Positions 12,036 to 24,225 of a DNA stretch of 64,000 nt are shown piece by piece (position 1 is the stretch's first letter; each line of letters starts with the position of its first letter). The notes beneath the pieces were generated by a model. That model was not told the DNA's origin. It searched no databases and worked only from the letters and a program-made list of their open reading frames with translations. Both the position numbers and the translations under genes were made by a program. The stretch comes from Sporopachydermia quercuum (lineage: Eukaryota), in contig BCGN01000008.1 in the NCBI GenBank assembly GCA_001599295.1, positions 372,001 through 436,000 of the forward strand, written 5' to 3'.

Positions 12036-13715
12036 TTACACATCAAAGTTTTCCTTCTTTTCGTCAGATCCAATACTTTTGATGCTTGTCTCATCCAAAA
12101 TCTCAACGCCTGATGAGTAACCAGTAATTCTGAAATCTTCAACATCAAGGAACTTTTCACTCCATGTATCATGTACTCCCGGAACAGGAAAGAACTTACA
12201 GAGGATATAATAAATAACAGCCGCTGTACCAAAACCTGCGAAATAACAGAAGTAGTAAACGTACATTGCACCTTGTGGTACATCATTCCCAACTGCTCCA
12301 ACGAAACCGACAATGTTAGGTAGAATACCACAGATGTAGGCAGCAAAAGCTCTCCAGTTGACACCATATCTATACATATAAGTCGATCCAGTCATATTGG
12401 AGTAGAGATCACCCAGATCAAGATATCCTTTTCTTACAATGTAGTAATCGCAAGTAAACACACCAGCAATTGATGAAAGGAACACTGAGTAGGCAGATAA
12501 GTATGTTGTGAATTGATTTGAGGACTTTAACAAGTTCCAAGGACACATTGCCAAACCAGCTGCAGCGCAGACGAATCCTCCTCTTCTAATATTGATAAAT
12601 CTAGGGAATAGTGAGGTCATATCTGTACCAGCGGACAATGAGTTGGCAGCAATATTAGTACCAAGTTGTGCTAAAGCAAACGCCAAAGCAATAAAAAATA
12701 CACCACATCTTGTAGCAGATGACGCACCATCAAGGAAATGAGATAAAACTTCAAGAGGTGACCAGAAGGTTTCACCATAAAGAACAGTTGAGGCTGATGA
12801 TACAAGAATACCAATCAAGGATGTCACGGAGAAGCCAATGGGGATAGTCAAAAGTTGTGACCAGGTAGCACTTGATGGCTTTTTTGAAAATCTTGAAAAA
12901 TCAGGGGAATTGAGAATCAAAGCAGCGAAATTTGCAAGACAATTCATCATTGATTGAATGAATTCCCATGCAAACTTTGAACCGTGAATTGTGTTTTTCT
13001 GATGAACTACTGGGCCAATACCACCAGCTTTAACTAATGTCCACACCAAGAATAAGATACCAGCAACAGGAACAACGTAAGATTTGACTGTGAACAAATG
13101 TCTAATCTGTTGAGGTGGGAACCAAATTGCTGGTAAAGATAATAACCAGAAAAGGAAGAAACCAAGGAATTCAAATGTAGTGGTACCAGAACTAGGAATA
13201 CCATTATGCATTTTAGGAGCACTTGGCCAAATAGCTGCCAACATTAGTTGAACACACTCACCACCGATCCAAGCTTGAACACCATACCAAACACATGCCA
13301 TNACAACTCTGTTAAGGACAGGCCAGTATGAGCCATAAGTACCAAAGGGGGCACGAATAGCAACAGGAAATGAAATATGATACATAGCACCGATTCTTGC
13401 ATTAAGTACAACAAATGCACCGGTAAAGAAATAACCTATCCACACAGTTATCCAAACCTGCCACCATGAAAGCCCTGCAGCAACACCTGTAGCAGCAATT
13501 TGCCAGGTATTTACGTTGAAGGAATCGGCAACCCAAAATGCAACAAAATTCCACGATCCCCATCTTCTTCTCTTCTCTTCAACTGGTTTCAAATCATCAT
13601 TGTAAAGAAATAATTGTCTAGTTGTTAATCCTTCTTCATGGGAAACTTCAAGATTTTGTAGAGTTGTTTTGTTTGAATCCCATATAGTGGGCATGCTTGG
13701 TTTAGAGAACTTCAT
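12036..13715 (-). CDS. NCS1-family nucleobase permease (uracil/allantoin, FUR4/DAL4-like)
   Basis: 559 aa, many TM segments; LYNDDLKPVEEKRRRW, FWVADSFNVNTWQIA, PDFSRF, GTNIAANSLSAGTD motifs of the Fur4/Dal4 group. Substrate not resolvable by eye. Confidence 0.93.
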   Translation of the reverse strand: MKFSKPSMPTIWDSNKTTLQNLEVSHEEGLTTRQLFLYNDDLKPVEEKRRRWGSWNFVAFWVADSFNVNTWQIAATGVAAGLSWWQVWITVWIGYFFTGAFVVLNARIGAMYHISFPVAIRAPFGTYGSYWPVLNRVXMACVWYGVQAWIGGECVQLMLAAIWPSAPKMHNGIPSSGTTTFEFLGFFLFWLLSLPAIWFPPQQIRHLFTVKSYVVPVAGILFLVWTLVKAGGIGPVVHQKNTIHGSKFAWEFIQSMMNCLANFAALILNSPDFSRFSKKPSSATWSQLLTIPIGFSVTSLIGILVSSASTVLYGETFWSPLEVLSHFLDGASSATRCGVFFIALAFALAQLGTNIAANSLSAGTDMTSLFPRFINIRRGGFVCAAAGLAMCPWNLLKSSNQFTTYLSAYSVFLSSIAGVFTCDYYIVRKGYLDLGDLYSNMTGSTYMYRYGVNWRAFAAYICGILPNIVGFVGAVGNDVPQGAMYVYYFCYFAGFGTAAVIYYILCKFFPVPGVHDTWSEKFLDVEDFRITGYSSGVEILDETSIKSIGSDEKKENFDV

Positions 13716-14060
13716 TGTGTAAGTGGACAGAATATATGTATCTAAGGGAATTCTTGTCTAATATCTGTAGACAGCCATTGACATTCCATAATCTTACAGC
13801 CGATTGAATGCTAATCCTAAACAGAAATACTGTTATAAGTCCAATGGCTCTTTAAGTATAAAACAATGGGCATCAATCCCCTTTTATAGTGACTCTTCAA
13901 TTTAGAATTGCTGTGGGGGCTANTTAATGCAAGATATTGTGACAATGAATGAACAGTGAACAGAAGCCAATATGGTAACCCAAATAAGGTTTTAATAAGG
14001 TTTGAATCAAAGTTCTTTTCTATGAGGTTAAAGTTTTGTCTGCAATTGCAATCCACTTAT

Positions 14061-14110
14061 TTATCTATTAGCTTGAACTTAAAATTTTACTGATAGGAAA
14101 TACTGATAAG
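14061..14110. promoter_or_regulatory. GATA-site cluster (nitrogen catabolite repression-type) upstream of the NCS1 permease
   Basis: TTATC at 14061 and direct repeat TACTGATAGG-AAA-TACTGATAAG (14088-14110), about 350-400 bp upstream of the ATG. Confidence 0.45.
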
Positions 14111-17100
14111 TACTTNTTGACTGGATCATTTTTTGACTTTTGATTTTAATATGAAAGAGTAAGCTGCTATTAGTTTTATTTGAGATCTAGTCTCCGTTAT
14201 GATCAATCTTTGAACAGTATAGTATATTCATATCAATACTTAACGTTTGCTACTAAAATACTTATGAAATCATGAGAGCCCTGTTCTCTACAAATGAAGT
14301 AATCATTGTTTCTCTATGACGAAAATTACGTACACACCTCAATCTTATTTGCCGGCTATAGCTGATGAGCTTCACGTTTCATTCCATCCACATCTCAGGA
14401 GTACGCTCGAGTATCGTCACTTCAATATTTCATGCAAGATTGAGGAGAGATTATACAATGGAAAGAAACTCAGAATTAAAGTAAACATGGAAAATCTAAT
14501 CAATCAAACGGCAAACTTTGTATGTTTGTACTTCTGGCGAGAGTGGGAGCGTCTGAGAGCCGAAAATCTACTGAAATATCATCTCATTTATACACTGTCA
14601 AATCTGTCTCAACTAAAAAGAAACATCCAATCCAATCATCACGCTCTCAAACTCTCACTCTGAAAAAACTATTCTGAATACCAGCTTTCTATAATAGATG
14701 TGGCTAATTCTTAAGCTATTCTACATTTAGTTCAATGACGCGAACATTGAGCAGTAACATATGTCATTTGATTGTTTCNATCTAATGTGTGACTCAATAG
14801 TAGCTGAACCGCAGTGGAATGTACGAATTTATGTGCAAATTCTCAATATGGTAGGATTTAATTTCAGTGTTTCTTTAACAGGATGAAAGTACATAGAATG
14901 TTTACCATTTAATGTTCTAATAGGTGCTTCTCAGTAGGAACATGTCTAGATGATCACTATACCATGCCAATTTTTCGTTGATGATAAATGGAGAACTGCA
15001 AATTGAGAGGTTTATTTTATCAGAAGCGAGCAAAGCAACAATCAGTCTTGGCTACCTTGATAATGAAGAATAACTAACTTGAAAATTAAATGTTGTCTAC
15101 GATGTCTCAAACTAAGACCTGAGACTTCATCTCAATAGGAGGGAAGAATACGGATCAATGTCAAAAGATTTATTTATTATAGTAAAATTAGCGGATTATT
15201 TGTACATTAACTATTGTGGTTGCTTTCACTAAAGATAGCAGTCTTGATAAGTGCTTGAATTGTGAAACCCGTTCGATAAAAAGAAAAGAAAACGATAACG
15301 GATCTTCGAATAAGAGTTTTCATATCATGACAAGCTGAAATCTCTCAGTCAACATGAACCACAAAGACAACGAGCGCTAACGTAAATAGTACCTGTATCA
15401 GTATATGAGATAGAAAATAATAGTCTTGATAGTCTTCTATAGTCCAGTATGCATACATGCTTTTATATTCAGAACATTCGATGAATATTAATTTTTTTCT
15501 TTGTATGAAAAATGAAGCTGGTTATAAAACTGGTTANCCAAATTTATCAATCGTGATGATAAAGTTCGAAGTATATCGAAAGTTTCTTTCGCCTATTGGC
15601 TTTATCAGTAAATATTGTCTCGAATGTTAAAGCTTAAATTCAAACCTTAAACCTAATACTATCGTCTGGATCTCCAAATGGAGGTTGATAGCTGTATCAT
15701 TACTACATTGAGAGTCCTAACACAGGAAAAACTTTTCAGCTCCTCCAAGTCTTAATTAATATTGGATGTTTTTGGTTCTCAGTTAAGTTTTTTAGCTTGC
15801 TCTCCCAAAGTACATATTTCTCTATCTCACATACAAACTTCGAACCATTGAGTGACCTATTTGGTTCTCAACTTTTAGTTTTCAAATTTTCTCTTTAGAA
15901 ATTTTTCTTCGCACTTTTTTCATTGCTAGCAAACTATTATGAATTTGAGTATCTCTTAAAGAGATTCAAAGTCTTGTACTACATCCTCTCATTTCTTAGA
16001 AAAATTATTTTGCTACCCAGAGGTTAAAAGAAATAATACATGCTTTTCTGGTTTATAAAATTCAATTCGTAAATTAAAGTTATTAGCTAATTATGCAAGT
16101 AGATCAAAGTTTGAATGAACACACTACCATTCTGAAAACCTTCTCATAACCTAAACCTTCACAAACTAATAGCCGATGTTTTAATACTATTGTCCAGAAA
16201 ATCAGTGTTTTGGCAGCTGGAATGCTGACTGTTATTGTTGTAGTTTTGAAGACTTTCATAGATTTCTTTAGATAAATATGATGTTTTTCTCTCTTGGTAT
16301 TCTTGAATGAAGAAAACCTGCTTAGATAAGACTAATTTAAACGAAACTCTGTTTCCAAGTAGTAACTTATAATAAGACAATCCAATACATATGCAGTCAA
16401 AAGTTAACCCAAGACAAACTTTTATTTCCAACCAATTTGATTATCATACATTTCTATATATGGATGGGCTCTAAACTGTACAATTCTAGAATAATATCTT
16501 TTTTCATTCTGGTAATTCAATCCTTGACCTTTTCCATTCCTCCTACTACCTTAACTCAATCTGATGCTCATCAACATAGTTGCCTAACAAAACAAGGTTT
16601 CGAAAAAATAGAGTTAATAAGGCATCAAACAGAGTAGAAGATAAAGGTGTCATGTTATGGAGGCTTATCCCGCACATGAATACACACACATTTCTCAAGA
16701 GATATGGCTGGAATGAAGTAAGAAGTAGAATGCTTTTTATTTTCATGAATGATCGATCAGCCACATCTCCACTCCATAGTAAAGGGTAATAAAAGTATGA
16801 GTATTNTTTGTTAGGGGCTGAGGGCAACAATATTAAAAGCTCTTAGCCTCTCTAATCTCTCAGAGTTTTAGCATAATCTACTGATACTACTAACTTAAAT
16901 AATCCTCTTTAGTTCAGTAGGAACCAATTCTTCAATACCAAATATAGTCTGTCAATTGATCATGAGAGTCATACGTGAAACCAAAAGTATGTCTACGCTG
17001 TAGTTGATTTTTGCAGAAAATACCTTCAAGATGTTTACGATGGGATGTAGAGATTTGTCAAATATTTTTAAGATAGCTAACCCGTTAACTTTCTTTTTCC

Positions 17101-18205
17101 TCGTCTTTTTGTTAACACCAATTTCGATTCTTTTCGGATTCAATGATNAAACAAGTTATTACCCGTTTGACAAGTTTTTTGGAAAGTAATCGACACACTG
17201 ATCTTCAAGTGTGCAAATTATAAATGATTGCTTTGAAATTGCTCTTATCGTGAATCATCACGTACAACAAAATTTCAGACATTCTTGGTAAAGATTACTT
17301 TTTGAAGGTTTTGACAGGGGAGNATTGCGAAGTTGCCAACATACTAGAATATATTCGTCGGAGTTTCTTTCAATGTCAGAAGATGTTATCCAATCTCTGA
17401 AGATGATGCTGCATTTCCGTGACGCCAACTATTATTGCATTGACTATACACTACAAAGAAATGCACAATTGATGACAAACTTTCGCACAAATGAATAAGT
17501 AAAATGATTCAACGTTCTATGTACACTTTTGGACCCATTGAGTTGCTGCTCATAGTAAATATAAGCACCAAGCATTCAAACTTTTTTCTACTCCACTTTA
17601 ACTGTAAAATTCTTTTCATTATTCTGTATTATAATCCATCTTAAATTTCAGTATTTCATGCTTATCGTACGTAGTTCAGTAGGATTACATGGTTGGAAAA
17701 TTTTCAATCTCAAGCTCGTTAAGTTTTCTCAGTAAATAAAGTGTTCGAAGGTTTTTTAAGTTAGGTTTTAATAAACTTTATCAAACTATTTTAGATGGTA
17801 CCTGAACTTTATTAAATACGCATCTCTGGTTGTTCTTCAATTACCCTAAGTTATATACAATCTCTGCGTATGATTTATATAATCTCATGACCTGTAAAGA
17901 TAATTCTTGAAATGATTTTCTTTCTGCATTCACCTATCAATCGCCGAAGTGTTATTATTCGCTTAGTTATACAGAAAAAAAAAACTTATGGGTCAATTCT
18001 TGAGAGATCAGTTTCATCGATTATCAACATCTTTACTCCAAATCTTTACTATTCTTGTCAATTAAGTTTTTCTTTGCTTTTCCTACTCAGTTTTAAAAAA
18101 GCTTTATGATAGTGACCAGTCAAACTAAATTTTTCTCTCAGGCTCTTGAAAATCAAGAGATTAGTTTGAATATACCCTAAACAATTGTTTTCTCTAAATA
18201 CCCCG

Positions 18206-19735
18206 TTATATTTGAACAAACCTATGCATTTCTTCCCAGATTTCTATAATTCTCCAACCAATCTCGTTGTCAAAAATTTCCCCATTCTTATAAACAAAAG
18301 TTTCAACGCCTTCTGCCCATATGGGGTTCGTCAGTCGTAAGAGTGAAGCTTCCATATCAATTGTATAATACTGGGGATCCCTATAATTTGGAGACCTGTA
18401 GTCTAAAACGCCTTGTGGACCTAAATACACAGAGCTTTCATATACATCCCAACCTTGTTCAACAAGTATACAAGATAAACTAGGATGATGCAATCCTGAT
18501 ACTATGGTTCCTAAATTTAATAATACTTGTTGATGACTAGTGCTCAAAGATTGATTACCATAGATCACAGACAAACCTCTTAAGTCAGGTAACATTCTTA
18601 GGAACTGTCGCATAGCTTTCAACTGTTCAATTGAGAATGGTACAGATAATGTTGGCTCAATTAACTGTATTATTTCGAGGCATGGTAACGTATAGCTTTG
18701 GCTTTCTATTGCTTTTGCTTTCGATACCACACTCAAATCTAACTGGAGAAACTGTAACTTTTTCTTCTTTAGCAATGTATTAAAGAAATGTTCGATACCT
18801 ACTTCTTCGAAGCTAACCTTAGGTTCATTGTCAGAATTGAAATTGAGAATTGCCATTTTACTTTTCATAGTTTTCAACCATTTATTCCCTGGTGTGACTC
18901 TTCTCAAAGATAGCCTTTCTAGATTAACAAAACCTGCATCAACGAATTTATTGACAGTACTCAAATACCCAAGGAATTCGATTCCTGGATGAACAATTGA
19001 TAGTTGAGTGACAGATAAAAATGGCATTTCCTTTATCTTAGGCCAACTTTTCACATCACTTGAACCCAAGTCCAAAAGAAGTATATGTAAGCTAGTTAGG
19101 TGTTGTAAAGTATTAGTACTCAATAATTTAAGCATTGCAGTGATATTTTCGACCGTAAGACAGAGTGATTTCAAATTCTTTGTTAAATTGTTATAGTAGA
19201 AGCCGCTGTTGACTAACCTCTCGCCATTTGGAATTGAAAGAGTTTTTGGAAACAACTCATTGTAAAACAACTTCAAACTAGTTAAATTAGGAAACCATTC
19301 ATAACTACAATACTTCAGCTGTTCGCTGTCATCACTAATCCACTCCAAACTTTGTGTTATTATTGTCAATGGTATGTAAATTCTTTCCCCAGAACCATTA
19401 CACATTTTTTTCTCATTGCCAGTCCCAGCTTCCAGTACTGTTTCTATGAAACGCTTGGTATTTTCTATTTTCTGTCTGCCGAAAAGCTCTTGGCCCTTAT
19501 AACATCCCATTGATAGATTGCTGAACAGAAATGGTAAGCACAGTTCCCTCAGCTTAATACAAGTCAACGAGACAGCTCGCAGAGTTGTAAATTCGTCATA
19601 ATGTTCTTGCTTTTGACGGTGTAATGAACTAAAAAACAAGCCAGTCCCTTCATATGTCCAAATTCTTGGCTTTCCTTCCGTGAAACTAATTATGTAAGAG
19701 ATAATCTCATCAGGAAGATCTAATAAGCCAACCAT
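18206..19735 (-). CDS. F-box protein, probable leucine-rich-repeat-like C-terminal region
   Basis: N-terminal LLDLPDEIISYIISF F-box motif; repeated LxxLxL segments (FPNLTSLKL, NLKSLCL, HLTSLHI, NLERLSL). Confidence 0.8.
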   Translation of the reverse strand: MVGLLDLPDEIISYIISFTEGKPRIWTYEGTGLFFSSLHRQKQEHYDEFTTLRAVSLTCIKLRELCLPFLFSNLSMGCYKGQELFGRQKIENTKRFIETVLEAGTGNEKKMCNGSGERIYIPLTIITQSLEWISDDSEQLKYCSYEWFPNLTSLKLFYNELFPKTLSIPNGERLVNSGFYYNNLTKNLKSLCLTVENITAMLKLLSTNTLQHLTSLHILLLDLGSSDVKSWPKIKEMPFLSVTQLSIVHPGIEFLGYLSTVNKFVDAGFVNLERLSLRRVTPGNKWLKTMKSKMAILNFNSDNEPKVSFEEVGIEHFFNTLLKKKKLQFLQLDLSVVSKAKAIESQSYTLPCLEIIQLIEPTLSVPFSIEQLKAMRQFLRMLPDLRGLSVIYGNQSLSTSHQQVLLNLGTIVSGLHHPSLSCILVEQGWDVYESSVYLGPQGVLDYRSPNYRDPQYYTIDMEASLLRLTNPIWAEGVETFVYKNGEIFDNEIGWRIIEIWEEMHRFVQI

Positions 19736-20298
19736 GATAACCTAGTAAGCTCAATGGATCATGTAAGTTGTTAGTTCTCTATCATATTAAACTGAATACT
19801 ATAAGAAACTGCCTGAGTTTTAATGACTACACTGCAATCGAAGACATACGACTTCATGAAAAAAATGAGGTTGAAAATGATTCTAGTGATACTTATGTGC
19901 ATTTAAAGAGTGAAGGTCAGCAAAAGCATTGGTCTATTGTATATTGTTAATCAATCGCCTATACTGTTGAGCTATCACTATTCATAGATGAAAACTCCGT
20001 TGTTTTACCACATAAATTTGTTTGCATTTGTTATCGCACAGAGAATATCCAGATTAAGAAATAAATTTCCTAGAATGGAAAAATGTCATAATGATCGTTT
20101 TGTCCCGAAAGGAAAGCTTTGAATTCCGGAGATGATATCAGAAGCCGATAAGAGATAACAAATAAATGTTTACGTGATGTCTATAAATATTGAGTATTAG
20201 ATTAATGATTATGTAATATACAAATAATAATGACGAAACCACTATTACGACGGTTATCAGTAAATATCATTCAAGAACAATTGTAAATCATTCCAAAA

Positions 20299-23200
20299 TT
20301 AATTGATAAACTCCTGCCTTAGTTGCCACGTCTTTGTCTGGCTTTTCCATATTGAAATCTCCTTCAACATGGATCGTACAGTTGAAACCTCCTGTTGATT
20401 ATCAAGTTTAATATTCAAATGCTTGATGATATCAACAGACTTAGCGTTGTAGTCAGGCTGCGATAGCAAAAAGTTTTGTATCTTTTCAATAGTATTTTTC
20501 CTAGCATTCAACTCTTCCTGGCTGTATTTCGACAATAGAATGGATGATGATGTTGTCTTCAAATCAACACTCTTTCGTTTTTTGATTGACTGTAAAATGG
20601 ATGTTGATGATAGTCCACTTGATGCATCTCCAGAAGTACTTCCTGGTGTTGACGCACGACTAATATTATTGCTATTACTGCCCATAGCTTTNGATCCTCC
20701 TAATCTGTTTTCGATACTCTTCTTGCCAAACCTTCCCGCTGACCCAGACTTNCCTGTCCATGTTGGTACTCCAATTGGAGCTTTTGATGTAGCTTTTCTC
20801 GATTCTTTCAGCATTTTAGCTGCATAGCTGGCGATCCTACTAGCTTCACGCTCAATCAAAACAGTGTCAGGTCTTGATGTATCCATGATAGTATCATGCT
20901 CTAATGCACTTTTAGCTCCAACATCAGCTAGTAATCCTTCCATAAGTCTTTCATCGTCACGGGATTCCTTATCTTTCTTTTCACTAGTATCGTTATTACT
21001 GTCATGAACACCTTCGTGATAATCCTCAAGCTTAGCAATACCTTCTAACTCGGCTACTTGATAAAAATCGTCATCGTCTTTCTGTACGTTTCTCTTATTC
21101 TTATTGACTGGAACACCTGCTTTATTCTTCAAATCTTTTCTTATTATCGCTGCTGATGATCTTTCCTTCCTACGAGTGATTTTTTTTTCTACACCTGTGA
21201 AAAGCTCTCCAGTTTCTGTTCTGTCTTCTTCATCATTCAAGGAAAACAAATCGTTCAAGTCATTTACTTTAAAAAATCTCCTTTGCTTGGGATCTTTTAG
21301 AATCTTATTGGTTAAGAACTGCTTGAAGATCTGCCGATGGTAAATTTTTTCTTCAATTGATCCTGCAATCATCAAACGATAGATTGTCACCTCTTTCTTC
21401 TGTCCCAATCGCCAGGCTCTCTCTCGGGCTTGTAAATCTGTTGATGGGTTCCAATCTGGATCATAAATAATTACTCTATCAGCTCCTGTTAGGTTGATAC
21501 CTAATCCACCTACTCTTGTGGTTAATAAGAACACATTGATATCAGGTGTATTATTGAATTGGTCTACTAATGATTGTCGTATTGATATTGAAGTCGACCC
21601 ATCCATTCGTAAGTATCTAACATTCGGAAGCTTCTGAAGAAAAGATTCAAGGATATCAAGCATTTGTCTCGTTTGGGAGAATAGTAGCGTTTTATGTCCC
21701 TGTTTTACCCACATAGTCAACAGAGCTTTGATCACTTGCATCTTACCCGATTTATTAGCATCTCCGTAATCTGATCCCTTGGCATATTTAGAACTCTTGT
21801 TCACCAAGTCAGGATGATTACATATTTTCCGTAATATATCAACCCCATAAAGCACTTGTCGCTTACCTCGTAAAATGGAACTCATTTCATCTGATTTCAA
21901 GAAATCCAGATACAGTTGTTTCTGATAAGCTGTAAGATTGCAGAACAGCACTTTCTCTGACTTTTTCGGCAGATCTGACGCCACATCTGCTTTCATTCGA
22001 CGCAGCAAATAAGGCGAAATCAGATCCCGCAAGACAACAGCACATTTATATGCTGCTTGGACTTGGATATTGCTTGCGTTTGCATATCCTCCGATGTTTA
22101 TTGGAATAGCAAATTGTGATTGAAATATTGGAAGCGTACCTAATCTACCAGGGAACACGAAATCGAATAAACTCCAAAGTTCAGTTAAATTATTCTGAAT
22201 TGGTGTTCCCGAAAGAATGATTCTGTTAGGTGTACGTACATGCTTGCATGTTAATGAGATTTCTGAGTCTGGATTTCGGATTTTATGTCCCTCATCTAGC
22301 ACACAATAACCCCATTCTTTATCTAAGATATATTTTGAGTAAATCTTTAGTCCGCCATAAGTTGTAATCAACACGTGACCTTTTTCGATTACTCGATCAA
22401 CCAATTGCTTAGCAGCAGCATTCGCCTTCATNCTGCTCAAGCTTTTATCTGAATCTTCATCTTCCAGCTCTAGCATACGGTCTAATTCCTCATCACGCAT
22501 AGTAGACTCTTCATTGAAACCACTGCCAATAGAATGCAGTATCACGCATCTTAAAGGAGGCCACCACCTATGGAACTCGCTGACCCATTGTCGCATAACA
22601 GTTGCAGGACATACAATTAGTGCTGGTTTATCTAACAAACCGCTGTAATGCAATCCAGCAAGAAATGATACTACTTGAATAGTTTTACCTAACCCCATTT
22701 CATCTCCAATGATGCCCCCCGTTTTTTGATTATATAACTCCCATAGCCATTGGACACCCGTTTTCTGGTACTGGAATAAACTCGGATAGATATCACCAGG
22801 TACACAGAATCCATTGTCTAATACTGCGTCGGGATTTGTCGGATGAGGCAAGAGCCATTCCGGAGGCGAGGATGCTTCTGATCTGTGATCATCTCCGGAA
22901 TTTTTATTGGATTTAATACTTTCACGGTACGATTTTCGTTTATTGATCCACTGTTTTAACCTTTGTTGATAAAAGAGTTCTGATCCATCATCCATATGCT
23001 TTTTTTTCTGTTCTAAGATGTTTTCCGACTCTGTTTCGCTATCCTCTCCGGAATCATCAAGTTCATCTTCATAGTCATCTCCAGTCTGTGCTGCAATATC
23101 TGCATCGCTTTCGTTATCATTAATTTCGTTCTCAGGCACAAATTCATCGTCAGAATCAGTATCTTCGAAGTCAGCGCTCTCCTTGTCTGTTTCATCCTCA

Positions 23201-24225
23201 CTATCTTCGCCATCCAACTGAATTATCTCCGATTCTTTGATGTCAGTGTCAGTTCCTTCTGTTGCTCCCGAAGTTCCTCCTGTAGTTCCTTCCTCGATTT
23301 CCTTTTTCTCTTTCTCTTTCTCGGGTAAAACTTTTCTCCTTTTTCTTAAATGTTGAAGTTCCCAATTAGAATCCAAATCAGCTCCCGGAAGCCTCAGGTT
23401 CTTATGATTCATTACACTAGTCTTCCCTACAGAAGGCACCTCATTCCCCACAGAAAAACCTTTAGAACTTGAAAATGGAGTTATTTTTCCTGTACGGATT
23501 AAAAACTCTCTTTCAGTTTCTCCTGCAAACCTTTCATTATCTTCTTCGTTAACACCATCTTCTCCCTCTGGAGCAGAAATACTATTATCGACCTTATCTT
23601 TTGAAAGAACAGCTTCAGCTTCAACAAGACGCCTTCTTATATCTTTAATATCTTGCTTGACGACAGCCAAATCATTTTCCTCAACGAACTGGATTTCCTT
23701 GCGTAATTTCTCCCTCTCGCTGACTTTGGTGTACATACTATTGAGCTTCCCCTGCAATGTATCTAACCGTTGGACTACTTTCCTCTTTTGCTGCTGGGCT
23801 TTTTCCCACCGTTTTGATTCCATTTCTAACTCCTTTCTTGCCATTTTCTTATCAGCAAGGTTGGAAACCTTCCGTTCCAGCTCATCTTGCTCTACGAACG
23901 TTATTCCAAGGTTTTCCAAGTCAGAAGGTGTATTATCATCTGATGATTTATCTTCTGCCGTTGAAATCAAGTTCAAGCTGGGAGATGAATACTCGCTTTT
24001 CTTTTCTGTACTCTTGGGGACATTTGAGAGTGAATTCAAGAATTCCACTGCAGAATTTGAGCCTTGGTCGTCATTTCCTATGCCACTGCTAGAGCTAGAA
24101 CTATCGATAACATCTACAGTAACATCTTTTGTGCCACCATTAGCAGAAGTAACAACATCATCATTATCAAAATTCAGCTTTTCGACATTATCATTACCTT
24201 TCGCTTCCAGATTATTTTCTTCCAT
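20299..24225 (-). CDS. RAD26: SNF2-family ATPase of transcription-coupled repair (CSB/ERCC6 ortholog)
   Basis: [50 protein letters not shown] and GVPTWT motifs; 1308 aa. Confidence 0.96.
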   Translation of the reverse strand: MEENNLEAKGNDNVEKLNFDNDDVVTSANGGTKDVTVDVIDSSSSSSGIGNDDQGSNSAVEFLNSLSNVPKSTEKKSEYSSPSLNLISTAEDKSSDDNTPSDLENLGITFVEQDELERKVSNLADKKMARKELEMESKRWEKAQQQKRKVVQRLDTLQGKLNSMYTKVSEREKLRKEIQFVEENDLAVVKQDIKDIRRRLVEAEAVLSKDKVDNSISAPEGEDGVNEEDNERFAGETEREFLIRTGKITPFSSSKGFSVGNEVPSVGKTSVMNHKNLRLPGADLDSNWELQHLRKRRKVLPEKEKEKKEIEEGTTGGTSGATEGTDTDIKESEIIQLDGEDSEDETDKESADFEDTDSDDEFVPENEINDNESDADIAAQTGDDYEDELDDSGEDSETESENILEQKKKHMDDGSELFYQQRLKQWINKRKSYRESIKSNKNSGDDHRSEASSPPEWLLPHPTNPDAVLDNGFCVPGDIYPSLFQYQKTGVQWLWELYNQKTGGIIGDEMGLGKTIQVVSFLAGLHYSGLLDKPALIVCPATVMRQWVSEFHRWWPPLRCVILHSIGSGFNEESTMRDEELDRMLELEDEDSDKSLSXMKANAAAKQLVDRVIEKGHVLITTYGGLKIYSKYILDKEWGYCVLDEGHKIRNPDSEISLTCKHVRTPNRIILSGTPIQNNLTELWSLFDFVFPGRLGTLPIFQSQFAIPINIGGYANASNIQVQAAYKCAVVLRDLISPYLLRRMKADVASDLPKKSEKVLFCNLTAYQKQLYLDFLKSDEMSSILRGKRQVLYGVDILRKICNHPDLVNKSSKYAKGSDYGDANKSGKMQVIKALLTMWVKQGHKTLLFSQTRQMLDILESFLQKLPNVRYLRMDGSTSISIRQSLVDQFNNTPDINVFLLTTRVGGLGINLTGADRVIIYDPDWNPSTDLQARERAWRLGQKKEVTIYRLMIAGSIEEKIYHRQIFKQFLTNKILKDPKQRRFFKVNDLNDLFSLNDEEDRTETGELFTGVEKKITRRKERSSAAIIRKDLKNKAGVPVNKNKRNVQKDDDDFYQVAELEGIAKLEDYHEGVHDSNNDTSEKKDKESRDDERLMEGLLADVGAKSALEHDTIMDTSRPDTVLIEREASRIASYAAKMLKESRKATSKAPIGVPTWTXKSGSAGRFGKKSIENRLGGXKAMGSNSNNISRASTPGSTSGDASSGLSSTSILQSIKKRKSVDLKTTSSSILLSKYSQEELNARKNTIEKIQNFLLSQPDYNAKSVDIIKHLNIKLDNQQEVSTVRSMLKEISIWKSQTKTWQLRQEFIN

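Noticed and set aside
3588..13814. Exact 16-mer GCCGATTGAATGCTAA at 3588-3603 and 13799-13814
   Set aside because: No extension on either side; a few 16-mer matches are expected by chance in 64 kb of AT-rich DNA.
13716..14100. TPP riboswitch upstream of the NCS1 permease
   Set aside because: No TPP aptamer core or host intron visible.
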